Assembly: GCA_963747235.1 (NCBI GenBank)
Contig: CAVVEU010000003.1
Span: 22,771-86,770 of the forward strand
DNA length: 64,000 nucleotides
Origin: an uncultured Candidatus Rokubacteria bacterium
GTDB lineage: Bacteria > Methylomirabilota > Methylomirabilia > Rokubacteriales > CSP1-6
Reading direction: 5' to 3'
Shown: positions 42,659 through 53,546 of the stretch, piece by piece
Layout: the number at the start of each line of letters is the position of its first letter
Numbering within the stretch: the stretch's first letter is position 1
Made by a program: the position numbers and the translations under genes
Notes under the pieces: model-generated
The model's input: the letters and a program-made list of their open reading frames with translations, nothing else
What the model was told of the DNA's origin: nothing
Database searches by the model: none

Positions 42659-43796
42659 CTAGCTCTTCTTGGCGGCCGGCTTGTTGAAGTAGTGGTTGTA
42701 GGCCATCCGCCGGCTGACGTTGGTGTCGAGATCCCACTTCACCGCGCGCGCCGCGAAGACGCGCTGCGACTCCGCGATCTCCTTGAAGAGCGGGTTGTCG
42801 GCCGCCTTCTTGTCGGCGGCGGCGTCGTAGGCGTCGAGCTGCTTCTGCAGCAGCGTAGTCCGGCGTCTTGTAGAACCGGACCTTGTCCTTGGTCTGCAGC
42901 TCGATGTAGTCCTTCGAGTAGCGATCGACCGCCTTCCACGACATGTCGGCCGACGCGGCCTCGACCGCGTTCTCGATGATCGCCTTCATCTTGTCGGGGA
43001 GCGCGTCGTACTTGGTCTTGTTGAAGCTGATCTCGAGCTGCTCGGCGTTCTGGTGGTAGCTCTGCAGCATGCACACCTTCGACACGTCCGCGAAGCCGAG
43101 CAGGCGGTCGGAGCTCGCGTTGTTGAACTCGGCCGCGTCGAGCAGGCCGCGGTCCATCGCGGGCACGATCTCGCCGCCGGGCAGCGCGTTCACCGCCGCG
43201 CCCAGGCCCGTGAACACGTCGATCGAGATGCCGACCGTCCGGAACTTGAGCCCCTTGAAGTCGTCCGGCTTGGTCACCGGCTTCTTGAACCAGCCGAGCG
43301 GCTGGGTGGGCATCGGCCCGTAGGGGAACGAGACCACGTTGGCGTTGATGGACTTGTAGAGCTTGTCCAGGAGCTGCTTGCCGCCGCCGTACTTGTGCCA
43401 GGACAGCAGCATGTTGGCGTCCATCCCGAAGGCGGGACCGGAGCCCCAGAGCGCGAGCGCGGTCTGCTTGCCGTAGTGGTACACGAGCACGCCGTGGCCG
43501 CCGTCGAGGGTGCCCTTCGACACCGCGTCGAGCAGGCCGAAGGCGGGGACCACCGCGCCGGCGGGCAGCACCTCGATCTTGAGGTCGCCGCCGGTCATGT
43601 CGTTCACCTTCTTGGCGAAGTCGAGCGCGTACTCGTGGAAGATGTCCTTGGCCGGCCACGTGGACTGCCAGCGCATGGAAATGGGACCCTGGGCCTTGGC
43701 GACCATGGGGAAGCCGAGCGTCGCCACACCCGCGACCGCCGCGCCCTTGAGGAATCGCCGGCGCGGGGCCTCGACTGGTGTCTGCTGGTTGCTCAT
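42659..43796 (-). CDS. dctP: TRAP substrate-binding protein (TakP/FcbT1-like, Tat signal; frameshift near 42855)
   Basis: RRRFLK Tat motif, WQSTWP, LGWFKK, GEIVPAMDRGLLDAAEF. Confidence 0.9.
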
Positions 43797-43920
43797 CGGT
43801 CGTCTCCTTTGACGAGGAATCGGTGGTGGAATTGGGGAATTTTACCCCGGCCGCACCCCCGGGGCGCCAACAAGTTTGCCCAGTCAACCGGGGACGCGGG
43901 GTCCCGGTTCCCGCGAGGCC

Positions 43921-44613
43921 TCAGCGGGCCGCGACGGGCTCGAGCGTGACCATCACCCGCTCCTGGTCTCGTCGCACGATCAGCGGGAGTGGGCCGTCGG
44001 GGCCGGCCGCCAGCAGGGCCTCCCGCACCGCGTCCAGCGTGACCACCGGCCGGCCGTTGACCTCGGTCAGCACGTCGCCCACCTGCAGCCCGGCCCGCTC
44101 CGCGCGGCTCCGGGGCAGGACCGCGGCCACCGACGGCGTCGCGGGCGGCCGCGCGCCCCCCAGCTCGGGCTGGCCGTCCGGGTCGCGGACCAGGAAGCCG
44201 TACTCGGCGGCCACGCGCTCGGCGGCCACCGCGTCGGGCATCGCCCCGACCTGGACCTGCACCGGCCGGCGGCCCTCCTCGCGGCGCAGCACGGTGAGCT
44301 TCACGCTCTCGCCCACCGTGGTGGAGGCGATGGCGCGCTGCAGGCCCCGCGTGTCCACCACCGGCCGGTCGCGGAACGCCACCACCAGGTCGCCGGTGCG
44401 CAGGCCGGCGGCCGCCGCGGGCGTCTCCTTGATCACCTCGACGATCACCGCGCCGAAGCCCTCGCGCAGGCCGAACTTCTGCGAGATCTCCTCCATCTCC
44501 TGCTCGGAGAGGTCGCGGATGCGGACGCCGAGCCATCCCCAGCGGGTGGCCGCGTCCGCCGCGGGCGCCAGCAGGGCCGCGGCCAGGAGCAGCGCGGCCA
44601 TGACACGCTTCAC
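43921..44613 (-). CDS. Exported protein with two PDZ domains and no protease domain
   Basis: Signal peptide, GWLGVRI, PAAAAGLRTGD, AERAGLQVGDV. Confidence 0.82.
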   Translation of the reverse strand: MKRVMAALLLAAALLAPAADAATRWGWLGVRIRDLSEQEMEEISQKFGLREGFGAVIVEVIKETPAAAAGLRTGDLVVAFRDRPVVDTRGLQRAIASTTVGESVKLTVLRREEGRRPVQVQVGAMPDAVAAERVAAEYGFLVRDPDGQPELGGARPPATPSVAAVLPRSRAERAGLQVGDVLTEVNGRPVVTLDAVREALLAAGPDGPLPLIVRRDQERVMVTLEPVAAR

Positions 44614-45248
44614 GCGCGGCCGCCTTCCCCGGTGAGCTGGCTCAGCAGGGCGTCCAGCGCGCCGGCGAGCCGATCGAGCCGCCGCTCGACGTCGAGCTCT
44701 TCCAGGAGCGCCTGGCGGGTCGATGCGGTCGGAACCAGCGCCGAGGCGACCTGGTCGCAGAGCTCGGCCGGCTGGTCGAGGCCCTCCATCATCGCGAGGA
44801 GCTCCTCGTTCGAGCGCCCGAGGGCGGAGAGGATCTGGTGGCAGCGCGCCTTGACGCGGCCGGTCAGCGCCGTCACCGCCGCGGCGTCCACGCTCGTCTC
44901 GGTGAGGGGCGTGGCCGCCACCATCCGGTAGAGCGTGTCCGTCGGCAGCTCGCGATCGATCCGCACCCGGCCCTCGCCCCGGAGGAGCAGGTTGAAGCGG
45001 CCCGAGGCCAGGCGCTCCCACTGCACGATGCGCCCGACCCCGCAGACCGGGTAGACGGGCGGCTTGCCCTCGTAGCTGGCCTCGTAGCCCGGCTTGAGCC
45101 CGACCACGGCCAGGCGCTTGTCGCGCGACAGGCAGTCCGTGATCATGGCCCGGTAGCGCGCCTCGAAGATGTGCAGCGGCAGCATCGTGTGCGGGAAGAA
45201 CGTGAGGTCCGCGAGCGGGAAGATCGGGAGCGAGATCTGGGCCGGCAT
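44610..45248 (-). CDS. Lon peptidase N-terminal substrate-binding domain protein
   Basis: LPIFPL, LPLHIFEARYRAM, GRFNLLLRG, RQALLEE. Confidence 0.88.
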   Translation of the reverse strand: MPAQISLPIFPLADLTFFPHTMLPLHIFEARYRAMITDCLSRDKRLAVVGLKPGYEASYEGKPPVYPVCGVGRIVQWERLASGRFNLLLRGEGRVRIDRELPTDTLYRMVAATPLTETSVDAAAVTALTGRVKARCHQILSALGRSNEELLAMMEGLDQPAELCDQVASALVPTASTRQALLEELDVERRLDRLAGALDALLSQLTGEGGRA

Positions 45249-45268
45249 CGGGTAGACGCGTTGGCGCC

Positions 45269-46381
45269 CTACCCGATGCTGGGGAGCTTGAGCGCGGCCA
45301 CCGCGTCCACCCGCGCGACGGCGGCGGCGGCGATCTTGCGGAAGGCCTGCGCCTGGGACGAGTCGGGCCGTCCGACCGTGATGGGCACGCCCGCGTCGCC
45401 GCCCTCGCGCGTCTCCATCTCGAGCGGGATCTGCCCGAGCAGCGGCACGCCGAACTCGTCGGCCACGCGCTGGCCGCCGCCCTCGCCGAAGATGCCGTAG
45501 CGGCGGCCGGTGTCGGGCGCGATGAAGTAGCTCATGTTCTCGACGATGCCGAGGATCGGCACGTTCAGCTTCCGGAACATGCCGAGCGCCTTGCGCACGT
45601 CGAGCAGCGCCACGTCCTGCGGCGTCGTCACCATCACCACGCCGGAGAGCGGCACCACCTGCGAGAGCGAGAGCTGCGCGTCGCCGGTGCCCGGGGGCAT
45701 GTCGAAGACGAGGTAGTCGAGCGGCCCCCAGTTGACGTCGCGCAGGAACTGCTGCACCGCCGAGTGGATCATCGGACCGCGCCACACCAGGGCCTCGCGC
45801 TCCGCCACGAGGAGGCCGATGGACATGATCTTGATGCCGTGCGCCTCGACCGGGATGATCTTGTTCTCGAACATCGCCGGCTTGTCCTTCGCGCCCATCA
45901 TCAGCGGCACGTCGGGGCCGTAGACGTCCACGTCCACCAGGCCGACCTCCGCGCCCGATTGCTTGAGGGCGAGCGCCAGGTTCACCGCGACCGTGGACTT
46001 GCCCACCCCGCCCTTGCCCGAGGACACCGCGATCGTGTGCTTGACCTGCGGGATGAAGTCCGCCGCCGGCGCGCCCGGCTGGCCGTGGGCGTGGCCCTGC
46101 GCCGCGGCCGGCGCCGGTGGCCGTCCCGCACCCGCCGCGGAGCCCATCTTCACGCTCACGCGACTCACCCCGGGGAGCTGCGAGACCGCCTTCGAGGCGC
46201 TGCTGTGGAGCGCGGCCTTGGTGGCGGGCGATTGCCCGGCGAAGGCCAGCGTGAAGGAGACCTCCGCGTCGTGCACGTGGAGCTCCTTGACCAGGCCGAG
46301 GCTCACGATGTCCTGGCCCTGGTCCGGATCGCGCACCGCCCGGAGGGCGGTGAGCACGGTGCTCTCGGAAAGTGTCGTCAT
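45269..46381 (-). CDS. mrp: Mrp/ApbC/NBP35 family ATPase with N-terminal DUF59
   Basis: GKGGVGKST, DVDVYGP, WRGPM, DMPPGTGD, VTTPQ, ENMSY. Confidence 0.92.
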   Translation of the reverse strand: MTTLSESTVLTALRAVRDPDQGQDIVSLGLVKELHVHDAEVSFTLAFAGQSPATKAALHSSASKAVSQLPGVSRVSVKMGSAAGAGRPPAPAAAQGHAHGQPGAPAADFIPQVKHTIAVSSGKGGVGKSTVAVNLALALKQSGAEVGLVDVDVYGPDVPLMMGAKDKPAMFENKIIPVEAHGIKIMSIGLLVAEREALVWRGPMIHSAVQQFLRDVNWGPLDYLVFDMPPGTGDAQLSLSQVVPLSGVVMVTTPQDVALLDVRKALGMFRKLNVPILGIVENMSYFIAPDTGRRYGIFGEGGGQRVADEFGVPLLGQIPLEMETREGGDAGVPITVGRPDSSQAQAFRKIAAAAVARVDAVAALKLPSIG

Positions 46382-46461
46382 GGTGTGGCGCAGTATACAC
46401 CGGTGCCTGCCAAGCCCTTGGAGAACTTGAAAAATCGGGTCGGAACTGCTACAACGTTCAG

Positions 46462-46957
46462 GTGCTCGGCCCCGACGACTTCCGCCGTGTGATGAGTCAT
46501 TTCGCCACCGGAGTCACCATCATCACCGCGTGGGATGCCGACAACCGGCCGACCGGCCTCACCGCCAGCTCGTTCACGTCCGTCTCGCTGCACCCGCCCC
46601 TGATCCTGGTCTGCGTGTCGCAGAAGGCCCAGAGCTACCCGGCCATCAAGGCGGCCGGGCGCTTCGCGGTCAATATCCTGTGCCAGGGGCAGGAAGGCGC
46701 CTCGCGGCGCTTCGCCACGTCCACCACCGCTCCCGGCGAGGAGAAGTTCGCGGGCCTCGAGTACCGTCCCGGGCCGCTCGGCTTGCCCGTGCTGTCCGAC
46801 GCCCTGGCCCGGCTCGAGTGCACGGTGATGCACGCCTACCCGGGCGGCGACCACATGATCTTCGTGGCGCCAGGTCGAGTCCGGGGAGTGGAGCGACGAC
46901 TCGGGCAAGGAGCCGCTCCTGTATTTCCGCGGGAAGTACTCGCGGCTGCATACTTAG
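46462..46957 (+). CDS. Flavin reductase family protein (frameshift near 46870)
   Basis: FRRVMSHFATGVT, SFTSVSLHPP, GGDH, PLLYFRG. Confidence 0.88.
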
Positions 46958-46975
46958 CCTGGGAGGATCGCTCCG

Positions 46976-48062
46976 ATGCCCGTTCCGCTGTCCCGTCCGC
47001 CGGTCGACGATGAGATCAAGGCGGCCGTCCTCGCCGCCATCGACTCGCGGCAGTACATCCTCGGGCCCGAGTCCAGGGCCTTCGAGGAGGAGTTCGCCCG
47101 GTACATCGGGAGCAAGCACGCGGTGCTCACGAGCAGCGCGACCGCCGCGCTCTGGATGGCGCTCAAGGCGTTCGGGGTCAAGGCCGACGACGAGGTGCTG
47201 GTGCCCTCGCACACCGCCTTCCCCACCGTCGAGGCGATCTGCTTCGCGGGCGCGGTGCCGGTGTTCGTGGACGTAGATGATTCTTCATACACGGTCGAAT
47301 CTCACCGATGCGGCGGCCAAGGTCTCGCCGCGCACCGTGGGCTTCGTGCCGGTGCACCTCTACGGCCACCCCGCGGATCTCGACGGCATCCGGCGCCTCT
47401 GCGCCGAGCGCAGCCTCTGGCTGCTCGAGGACTGCGCGCAGGCGCACGGGGCCGCGTGGCAGGGGCGCAAGGTCGGCACGTTCGGGCGCGCGGGGGTCTT
47501 CTCGTTCTACCCGTCCAAGAACCTCACCGTGATGGGCGACGGGGGCCTGCTGGTCACCGACGACGACGACGTGGCCGCGCGCTGCCGGCGCCTGCGCGAC
47601 CACGGCCGGCTCAACAAGGACGTGCACGCCGAGATCGGGTTCAACCTGCGCTTCAACGACATCCAGGCCGCGATCGGCCGGGTGCTGCTGCGGCGGCTCG
47701 ACGCGATGAACGATCACCGGCGGCTCCTCGCCGCCCGCTACCAGCGCGGGCTCGCGGGCCTGCCGCTCACGTTGCCGGTGGAAGCGACCGGAGCGCACCA
47801 CGTCTATCACCTCTACGTGGTCCGGACGCCCGAGCGGGACGCGCTCGCGAAGTTCCTCAAGGAGCGCGGCATCGCCACCGGGATCCACTATCCGGTGGCG
47901 AGCCACCAGCAGCCCGCGGTGGAGGCATTCAACCCGCCCGCGCTGCCCCGGACGGAGCAGATCGTGAAGGAGATCCTGACGCTCCCGATCTCGGCCGGCC
48001 ACACCGTGGCCGAGGTGGACGAGGTGGTCGCGGCGGTGCAGGAGTTCTTCCGCGCCCGCTGA
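46976..48062 (+). CDS. DegT/DnrJ/EryC1/StrS aminotransferase (frameshift near 47290)
   Basis: PVHLYG, EDCAQAHG, SFYPSKNL. Confidence 0.92.
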
Positions 48063-48097
48063 GCGGCCGGCGCTGACCGGGTCCGCGTGAGCCGCGC

Positions 48098-49204
48098 GTG
48101 AACATCCTCCAGCTCTATCCGAAGTCGGACTACTTCACCGGCGCGGCCATCCAGCTCCGCGACCTCGCTCTCGGGCTGGCCGGGCGCGGCCATCACGTGG
48201 TGGTGGCGACGCGCCCGAACGAGCACTGGGGCCGCGCGTGCGCGGCCGCCAACGTCGAGCACGCCTCGGTGCCGATGCGAAGCGGCATCGATCTCCCGTC
48301 CGCGTGGGCCCTCGCCCAGCTCATCCGCGACCACGACATCCAGATCGTCCACTGCCAGAAGGGGCGCGCGCGCACGCTGGCCCTCCTGGCCGGCCTCACC
48401 GTCCGCATCCCGGTCCTGGTCCTCAATCGCGGGGTGAGCTTCCCGCTCGATCGCTGGAACCGGCTCGGCTACACCACCAAGCGGGTGACCGCGATCGTCG
48501 CGGTCTGCGAGTCCATCAAGCGCGGGCTCGTCGGCGCCGGGGTCCCCGCCGAGAAGATCGAGGTCATCTACTCGGGGACCGATCTCGGCCGCTTCCATCC
48601 CGGCGTGGACGGCCGGCGCATCCGCGAGGAGCTCGGTCTGGGCCCGGAGCACACGCTCGTCACCCAGGTCGGCATCCGCTCCTGGCGCGGCAACGACGAC
48701 GTGCTCGAGGCCATGGCGCGCGTCTGCCACGCGCTGCCGCACGCGCGGCTGCTCTTCGTGGGCGCCCCGCCCCCGCGCGTGTTCTCCCTGCGCGACCGGG
48801 CGTTCCGGCGCGGCATCGGCGAATCCGTCCACGTCCTCGGGCATCGCGAGGACATTCCCGAGATCCTGGCCGCGAGCGACCTCGTGGTGGACGCCTCCTA
48901 CGCCGGTCTCGGCCTCACCGGCTCGCTGCGCGAGGCGCTCTCGGTCGAGACCCCGGTGGTCGCCACCGACCTCGAGGGGCATCCCGAGCTCATCCTCGAG
49001 GGCGAGACGGGGCTACTGGTCCCGCCGCGCAATCCGGACGCGCTCGCCCAGGCCATCCTGCGCATGCTGGAGAACCCGACGCGGGCGAAGGCCATGGCCC
49101 GGGCGGGCCGCAAGCGGGTCGAGGCCCACTTCTCCATGACCCAGAAGATCCAGCGGACGGAAGCGCTCTACGAGCGGCTCTGGGCCGCGCGGCGCCAGCG
49201 GTGA
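48098..49204 (+). CDS. Glycosyltransferase family 4
   Basis: GT-B pattern: LGHREDIPEILAASD, REALSVETPVVAT, ETGLLVPP. Confidence 0.88.
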   Translation: MNILQLYPKSDYFTGAAIQLRDLALGLAGRGHHVVVATRPNEHWGRACAAANVEHASVPMRSGIDLPSAWALAQLIRDHDIQIVHCQKGRARTLALLAGLTVRIPVLVLNRGVSFPLDRWNRLGYTTKRVTAIVAVCESIKRGLVGAGVPAEKIEVIYSGTDLGRFHPGVDGRRIREELGLGPEHTLVTQVGIRSWRGNDDVLEAMARVCHALPHARLLFVGAPPPRVFSLRDRAFRRGIGESVHVLGHREDIPEILAASDLVVDASYAGLGLTGSLREALSVETPVVATDLEGHPELILEGETGLLVPPRNPDALAQAILRMLENPTRAKAMARAGRKRVEAHFSMTQKIQRTEALYERLWAARRQR

Positions 49205-50955
49205 AGGCGCGCTACCGGCTGCTCGGCCGGCTGCTGCCGTACCTGCGGCCCTACTGGCCGGTGCTCCTGGCCGGCGGCCTGCTCGCCCTGCTGGTCTCGA
49301 GCGCGGAGGCCTTCATCGCGTGGCTGGTCAAGCCCGCGATGGACGACATCTTCCTCAAGCGCGACGTGACCATGCTGAAGCTGATCCCCCTGGCCCTCCT
49401 GGGCGCCTACCTCGCCAAGGGGATCGGCCGCTTCGGCCAGTCCTACCTCATGGCGTCGGTGGGCGAGCGCGTCATCGCGCGCATCCGCGGCGAGCTCTAC
49501 GCCCACATCCAGTCCATGCCCCTCGCCTTCTTCGCCTCCCTGCACTCGGCGGAGCTCATGACCCGCGTGGTCACCGACGTCAACCGCCTCGCCCGGCTCT
49601 CGTCCACGGTGCTGGTGATGGCGGTGCGTCACGTCGGCACGATCGTCGCGCTGCTCATCGTCATGTTCCTGCGCGAGTGGCTGCTCACCCTGATCGCGAT
49701 CGCGGTCTTTCCCCTGGTGGGCCTGACCATCCGGGCGATCGGCCGCAAGCTCTACAAGATCAACAAGCGGACCCAGCAGAAGATCGCGGAGCTCAACGTG
49801 GTGCTCCAGGAGTCGTTCACCGGGACCAAGATCGTCAAGGCCTTCGGGCGCGAGCGGCTCGAGCAGGAGCGGTTCAACCACGTCAACGACCGGCTGCTCT
49901 CGCTCGCGCTGCAGGACCGCCGGGTGGACGAGATGGCGGAGCCGATCATGGAGGTGCTGGGCGCGCTCGCCATCATGGGGGCCCTCTGGTACGGCGGCTA
50001 CCGGGTGATCGCGGGCGCCCTCACCCCGGGCGAGTTCTTCTCCTTCACCGCCGCGGTGATCCTCCTCTACGGGCCCGTCCGCCAGATCTCCCGCATGGTC
50101 AACACCGTGCAGCAGTCCATCGCCTCGGTGGAGCGGGTGTTCGAGATCCTCGATACCCCGCCCGCCATCGTGGATGCGCCCGACGCGCGCAGCCTCTCGG
50201 GCTTCACCGGCTCCATCGTCTTCGAGGCCGCCGGCTTCCGCTATCCGGAGGCGGAGGAGTGGGCCCTGCGGGACATCTCGTTGACGGTGCGGAAGGGCGA
50301 GCTGGTGGCCTTCGTCGGCATGTCCGGCGCGGGCAAGACCACCCTGATGGAATTGCTGCCGCGCTTCCACGACGTCAGCACCGGGCGCATCACGCTGGAC
50401 GGGCACGACCTGCGATCGGTCACGGTGGCCTCGCTCCGCTCGCTGATCGGCATCGTGACCCAGGACACGTTCCTCTTCCACGACTCGATCGGCTACAACA
50501 TCGGCTACGGCAAGCCCGGCGCCACACAGGCCGAGATCGAGCACGCGGCCCGCCTGGCCCAGGCCCACGACTTCATCGCGGCCCTGCCCGAGGGCTACGC
50601 GACCTCGGTGGGCGAGCGCGGCGTGAAGCTCTCCGGCGGGCAGGCCCAGCGCCTGGCCATCGCCCGGGCGTTCCTGAAGGATCCGCCGATCCTGATCCTC
50701 GACGAGGCGACCTCGGACCTGGACGCGGAGAGCGAGTTCCTGGTGCAGCAGGCGCTGTCGGAGCTGATGCGGGGACGCACCGTGCTCGTCATCGCGCACC
50801 GGCTCGCGACCGTGAAGCACGCGGATCGGGTCGTGGTGGTCCACGGCGGCGGCATCGCCGAGATGGGCACGCACGAGGAGCTGATGGCCCGCCGCGACGG
50901 CATCTACCGCCGCCTCGCGACGCTGCAGTCGCTGGACGCCCTGCCGACCCTCTAG
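49201..50955 (+). CDS. MsbA-like ABC exporter (TMD plus NBD)
   Basis: TM domain followed by GMSGAGKTT, LSGGQAQR, ILDEATS, IAHRL. Confidence 0.88.
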   Translation: MKARYRLLGRLLPYLRPYWPVLLAGGLLALLVSSAEAFIAWLVKPAMDDIFLKRDVTMLKLIPLALLGAYLAKGIGRFGQSYLMASVGERVIARIRGELYAHIQSMPLAFFASLHSAELMTRVVTDVNRLARLSSTVLVMAVRHVGTIVALLIVMFLREWLLTLIAIAVFPLVGLTIRAIGRKLYKINKRTQQKIAELNVVLQESFTGTKIVKAFGRERLEQERFNHVNDRLLSLALQDRRVDEMAEPIMEVLGALAIMGALWYGGYRVIAGALTPGEFFSFTAAVILLYGPVRQISRMVNTVQQSIASVERVFEILDTPPAIVDAPDARSLSGFTGSIVFEAAGFRYPEAEEWALRDISLTVRKGELVAFVGMSGAGKTTLMELLPRFHDVSTGRITLDGHDLRSVTVASLRSLIGIVTQDTFLFHDSIGYNIGYGKPGATQAEIEHAARLAQAHDFIAALPEGYATSVGERGVKLSGGQAQRLAIARAFLKDPPILILDEATSDLDAESEFLVQQALSELMRGRTVLVIAHRLATVKHADRVVVVHGGGIAEMGTHEELMARRDGIYRRLATLQSLDALPTL

Positions 50956-51469
50956 GCTCGCCTCGCCGGGAGCCGCTGGCCGCCGCCCGCGGCGCCGGCC
51001 GCGAGCAGGGCCGGGTAGACGACCCACTGCCGGAAGGGCTCGATGAGGGCCATGTACCCGCGGCCGAACGCGCCGTTCGGGCGAACGTACACCGCCAGCC
51101 GAGGCCGCCGGTTGACCAGCGAGACGTGCAGGAAGGCGGTCACCGTCCGGTTGGTGATCCGCGACAGGACCTCGTCCGGCTCCTGGTAGATCGGCACGAA
51201 CCCGGTGCTGCCGCGATCGAGGCCGAGGAGGCGGCCGACGGCCCGGCGGAGCCCGAAGAGTGCCCGGGACGGTAGCCGCGCGCGGCTCGGTCCGCAGCGC
51301 GTCCACCCAGCGAGCGAGCGGAACGCCCGCCGCCAGCGGGATCGCGACCTCCCACACGTCGTGCAGCATCGAGCCCCTCGGCGGCCGCGATGTCGTGCAC
51401 GCGCCACGGGTGGCGCAGGTGATCGGTGGGGTCGAGGCGCCCGCCCGCCATGCCCGGGGTCAGTCCCAT
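50952..51469 (-). CDS. DUF2867-like protein (frameshift near 51370)
   Basis: HPWRVHDIA...LHDVW; VRPNGAFGRGYMALIEPFR. Confidence 0.65.
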
Positions 51470-51482
51470 GCCGGTTGTCCGT

Positions 51483-51809
51483 TCAAGCCGCGCGCGGCGA
51501 GTACATGATGACCGCGACGCCCAGCAGGCACAGCGCGGCACCGGCCAGATCGTAGCGGTCGGGCGCGACGCGATCCGCCACCCAACCCCACAGCAGCGAG
51601 AGCACCACGAAGACCCCGCCGTAGGCGGCGTAGACGCGCCCGAAGTGCGCCGCCTGGTAGGTCGGGATCAGGCCGTACAGGACGAGGACCGCCGCGCCCA
51701 CCAGCCCCACCGGCCACGGCCGGCTCTCGCGCCACCAGAGCCACATGAGATAGCCGCCGCCGATCTCGGCGAGACCGGCCAGCGCGAACAGCGCGACAGA
51801 TCGCAGCAG
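51483..51809 (-). CDS. YnfA (UPF0060) small membrane protein
   Basis: [29 protein letters not shown]; no canonical start codon visible (CTG at 51809). Confidence 0.85.
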   Translation of the reverse strand: MLRSVALFALAGLAEIGGGYLMWLWWRESRPWPVGLVGAAVLVLYGLIPTYQAAHFGRVYAAYGGVFVVLSLLWGWVADRVAPDRYDLAGAALCLLGVAVIMYSPRAA

Positions 51810-51812
51810 GGG

Positions 51813-53537
51813 CTACTCGCGGAAGCGGTTGACGATCGGCAGGCGCCAGTCCTTGCCGAAGGCCCGCGGCGTGATCTTGATCCCGATCGGACCCTGGCGC
51901 CGCTTGTACTCGTTGCGGTCCACCATCGCGATCACGCGCTTGACCGTGGTCGTGTCGAAGCCGCGGGCCACGATGTCGGCCACGCCCTGGTCGCCCTCCA
52001 CGTAGGCCTCCAGGATCGCGTCCAGCGTCGCGTACGGCGGCAGCGTGTCCTGGTCGGTCTGGTCGGGGCGCAGCTCGGCGGACGGGGCGCGGTCGAAGAT
52101 GGATCGCGGGATGACGTCGCGCCCCGCCTTGCGGTTGACGTGCTCGGCCACCTGGTAGACCAGGGTCTTCGGCACGTCCTTGATCACCGCGAAGCCGCCC
52201 GCCATGTCGCCGTAGAGCGTCGAGTAGCCCACCCCGATCTCGCTCTTGTTGCCGGTGGTGAGGATGAGCCACCCGAACTTGTTGGAGAGCGCCATGAGGT
52301 AGTTGCCGCGGATGCGCGCCTGGAGATTCTCCTCGGTCACGTCCTCCTTGAGCCCCTTGAAGGGCTTGGCGAGGGCGCGCTTGTAGGTGGCCAGCACCGG
52401 GCTGATCGGGAGGCGCAGGAACTCGATGCCGAGGTTGCGGGCCAGCCGCGCCGCGTCGCTCCGGGTGCCGGTCGAGGAATACTGCGACGGCATGGTCACG
52501 CCGGTGACATTGGCGGCGCCCAGCGCATCGCAGGCGATGGCCACCACCAGCGCGGAGTCGATGCCGCCCGAGAGCCCCAGCGCCACGTGGCTGAACCCGT
52601 TCTTGGTGACGTAGTCGCGGGTGCCGAGGACGAGGGCCTGGTAGATCTCCTCTACCGGCTCGAGCACCGGCACCTCGTGGGGCGGCAGCTTCGGCCGCTC
52701 CGGCGTGGACCGCGGGGATAGCGCCACGCGACGCGACTGGGCCGCGGTGGCGCGCAGCTTCTCCTTGCGCCGCCGCGAGTCGTGCAGGCGCGCCCGGAAG
52801 ACCTCGTCCAGATCGAGATCGGCGACGATGAAGTCTTCCTCGAAGGCCTTTCCCCGCGCCACGCATTCACCCTTCTCGTTGAAGATGAAGGACTGGCCGT
52901 CGAAGATCAGCTCGTCCTGGCCGCCCACCGTGTTGACGAAGGCCAGGCACACGAGGTCGTCGGCGGCGCGGGTGGCCAGCATCTTCTCGCGGAAGCGCCC
53001 CTTGCCCGCGTGGTACGGCGAGGCGTTGATGCTCAGCACCAGCTCGGCGCCGCCCAGGGCCTGCAGCGTGGTGGGCCCGGTCGGGTACCAGATGTCCTCG
53101 CAGATGTTCGCCGCGATCACGGTCTCGCCCAGCGTGAAGACCGGCGCCTCCGTCCCGGACTGGAAGTATCGGTTCTCGTCGAACACGCCGTAGTTGGGCA
53201 GGTACTGCTTGTGGTAGGTCCCGGCCTGCGCGCCGTCGTGGAGGATGGCGGCGGCGTTGAAGATGTCGTCGCGCTTGTCCACGAAGCCCACCACCGCGGT
53301 GATGCCGCGGCTGGCCCGGGCCACGTCGCTCAGCGCCCGGAGATTGGCCTCGATGAAGGCGGGCTTGAACAGCAGGTCCTCCGGGGGATAGCCGGTCAGC
53401 ACCAGCTCCGGGAAGGCGATGATGTCGCAGCCGAGCGCCCGCGCCCGGTCCATGCCCGCCATCACGAGCCGCGCATTGGCCTCGATGGCGCCCACCGTCG
53501 GATTCACCTGGGCCAGCCCCACCCGCACCCGCCGCAT
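51813..53537 (-). CDS. nadE: Glutamine-dependent NAD+ synthetase
   Basis: Nitrilase domain (FPEL, ICEDIW) plus SGGIDS, ENLQARIRG, TGNKSE, PSAEL. Confidence 0.96.
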   Translation of the reverse strand: MRRVRVGLAQVNPTVGAIEANARLVMAGMDRARALGCDIIAFPELVLTGYPPEDLLFKPAFIEANLRALSDVARASRGITAVVGFVDKRDDIFNAAAILHDGAQAGTYHKQYLPNYGVFDENRYFQSGTEAPVFTLGETVIAANICEDIWYPTGPTTLQALGGAELVLSINASPYHAGKGRFREKMLATRAADDLVCLAFVNTVGGQDELIFDGQSFIFNEKGECVARGKAFEEDFIVADLDLDEVFRARLHDSRRRKEKLRATAAQSRRVALSPRSTPERPKLPPHEVPVLEPVEEIYQALVLGTRDYVTKNGFSHVALGLSGGIDSALVVAIACDALGAANVTGVTMPSQYSSTGTRSDAARLARNLGIEFLRLPISPVLATYKRALAKPFKGLKEDVTEENLQARIRGNYLMALSNKFGWLILTTGNKSEIGVGYSTLYGDMAGGFAVIKDVPKTLVYQVAEHVNRKAGRDVIPRSIFDRAPSAELRPDQTDQDTLPPYATLDAILEAYVEGDQGVADIVARGFDTTTVKRVIAMVDRNEYKRRQGPIGIKITPRAFGKDWRLPIVNRFRE

Positions 53538-53546
53538 GCCGGTATT

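Noticed and set aside
51807-51809. CTG start codon for ynfA as non-canonical initiation
   Set aside because: Cannot be distinguished from a base-calling error in this assembly.
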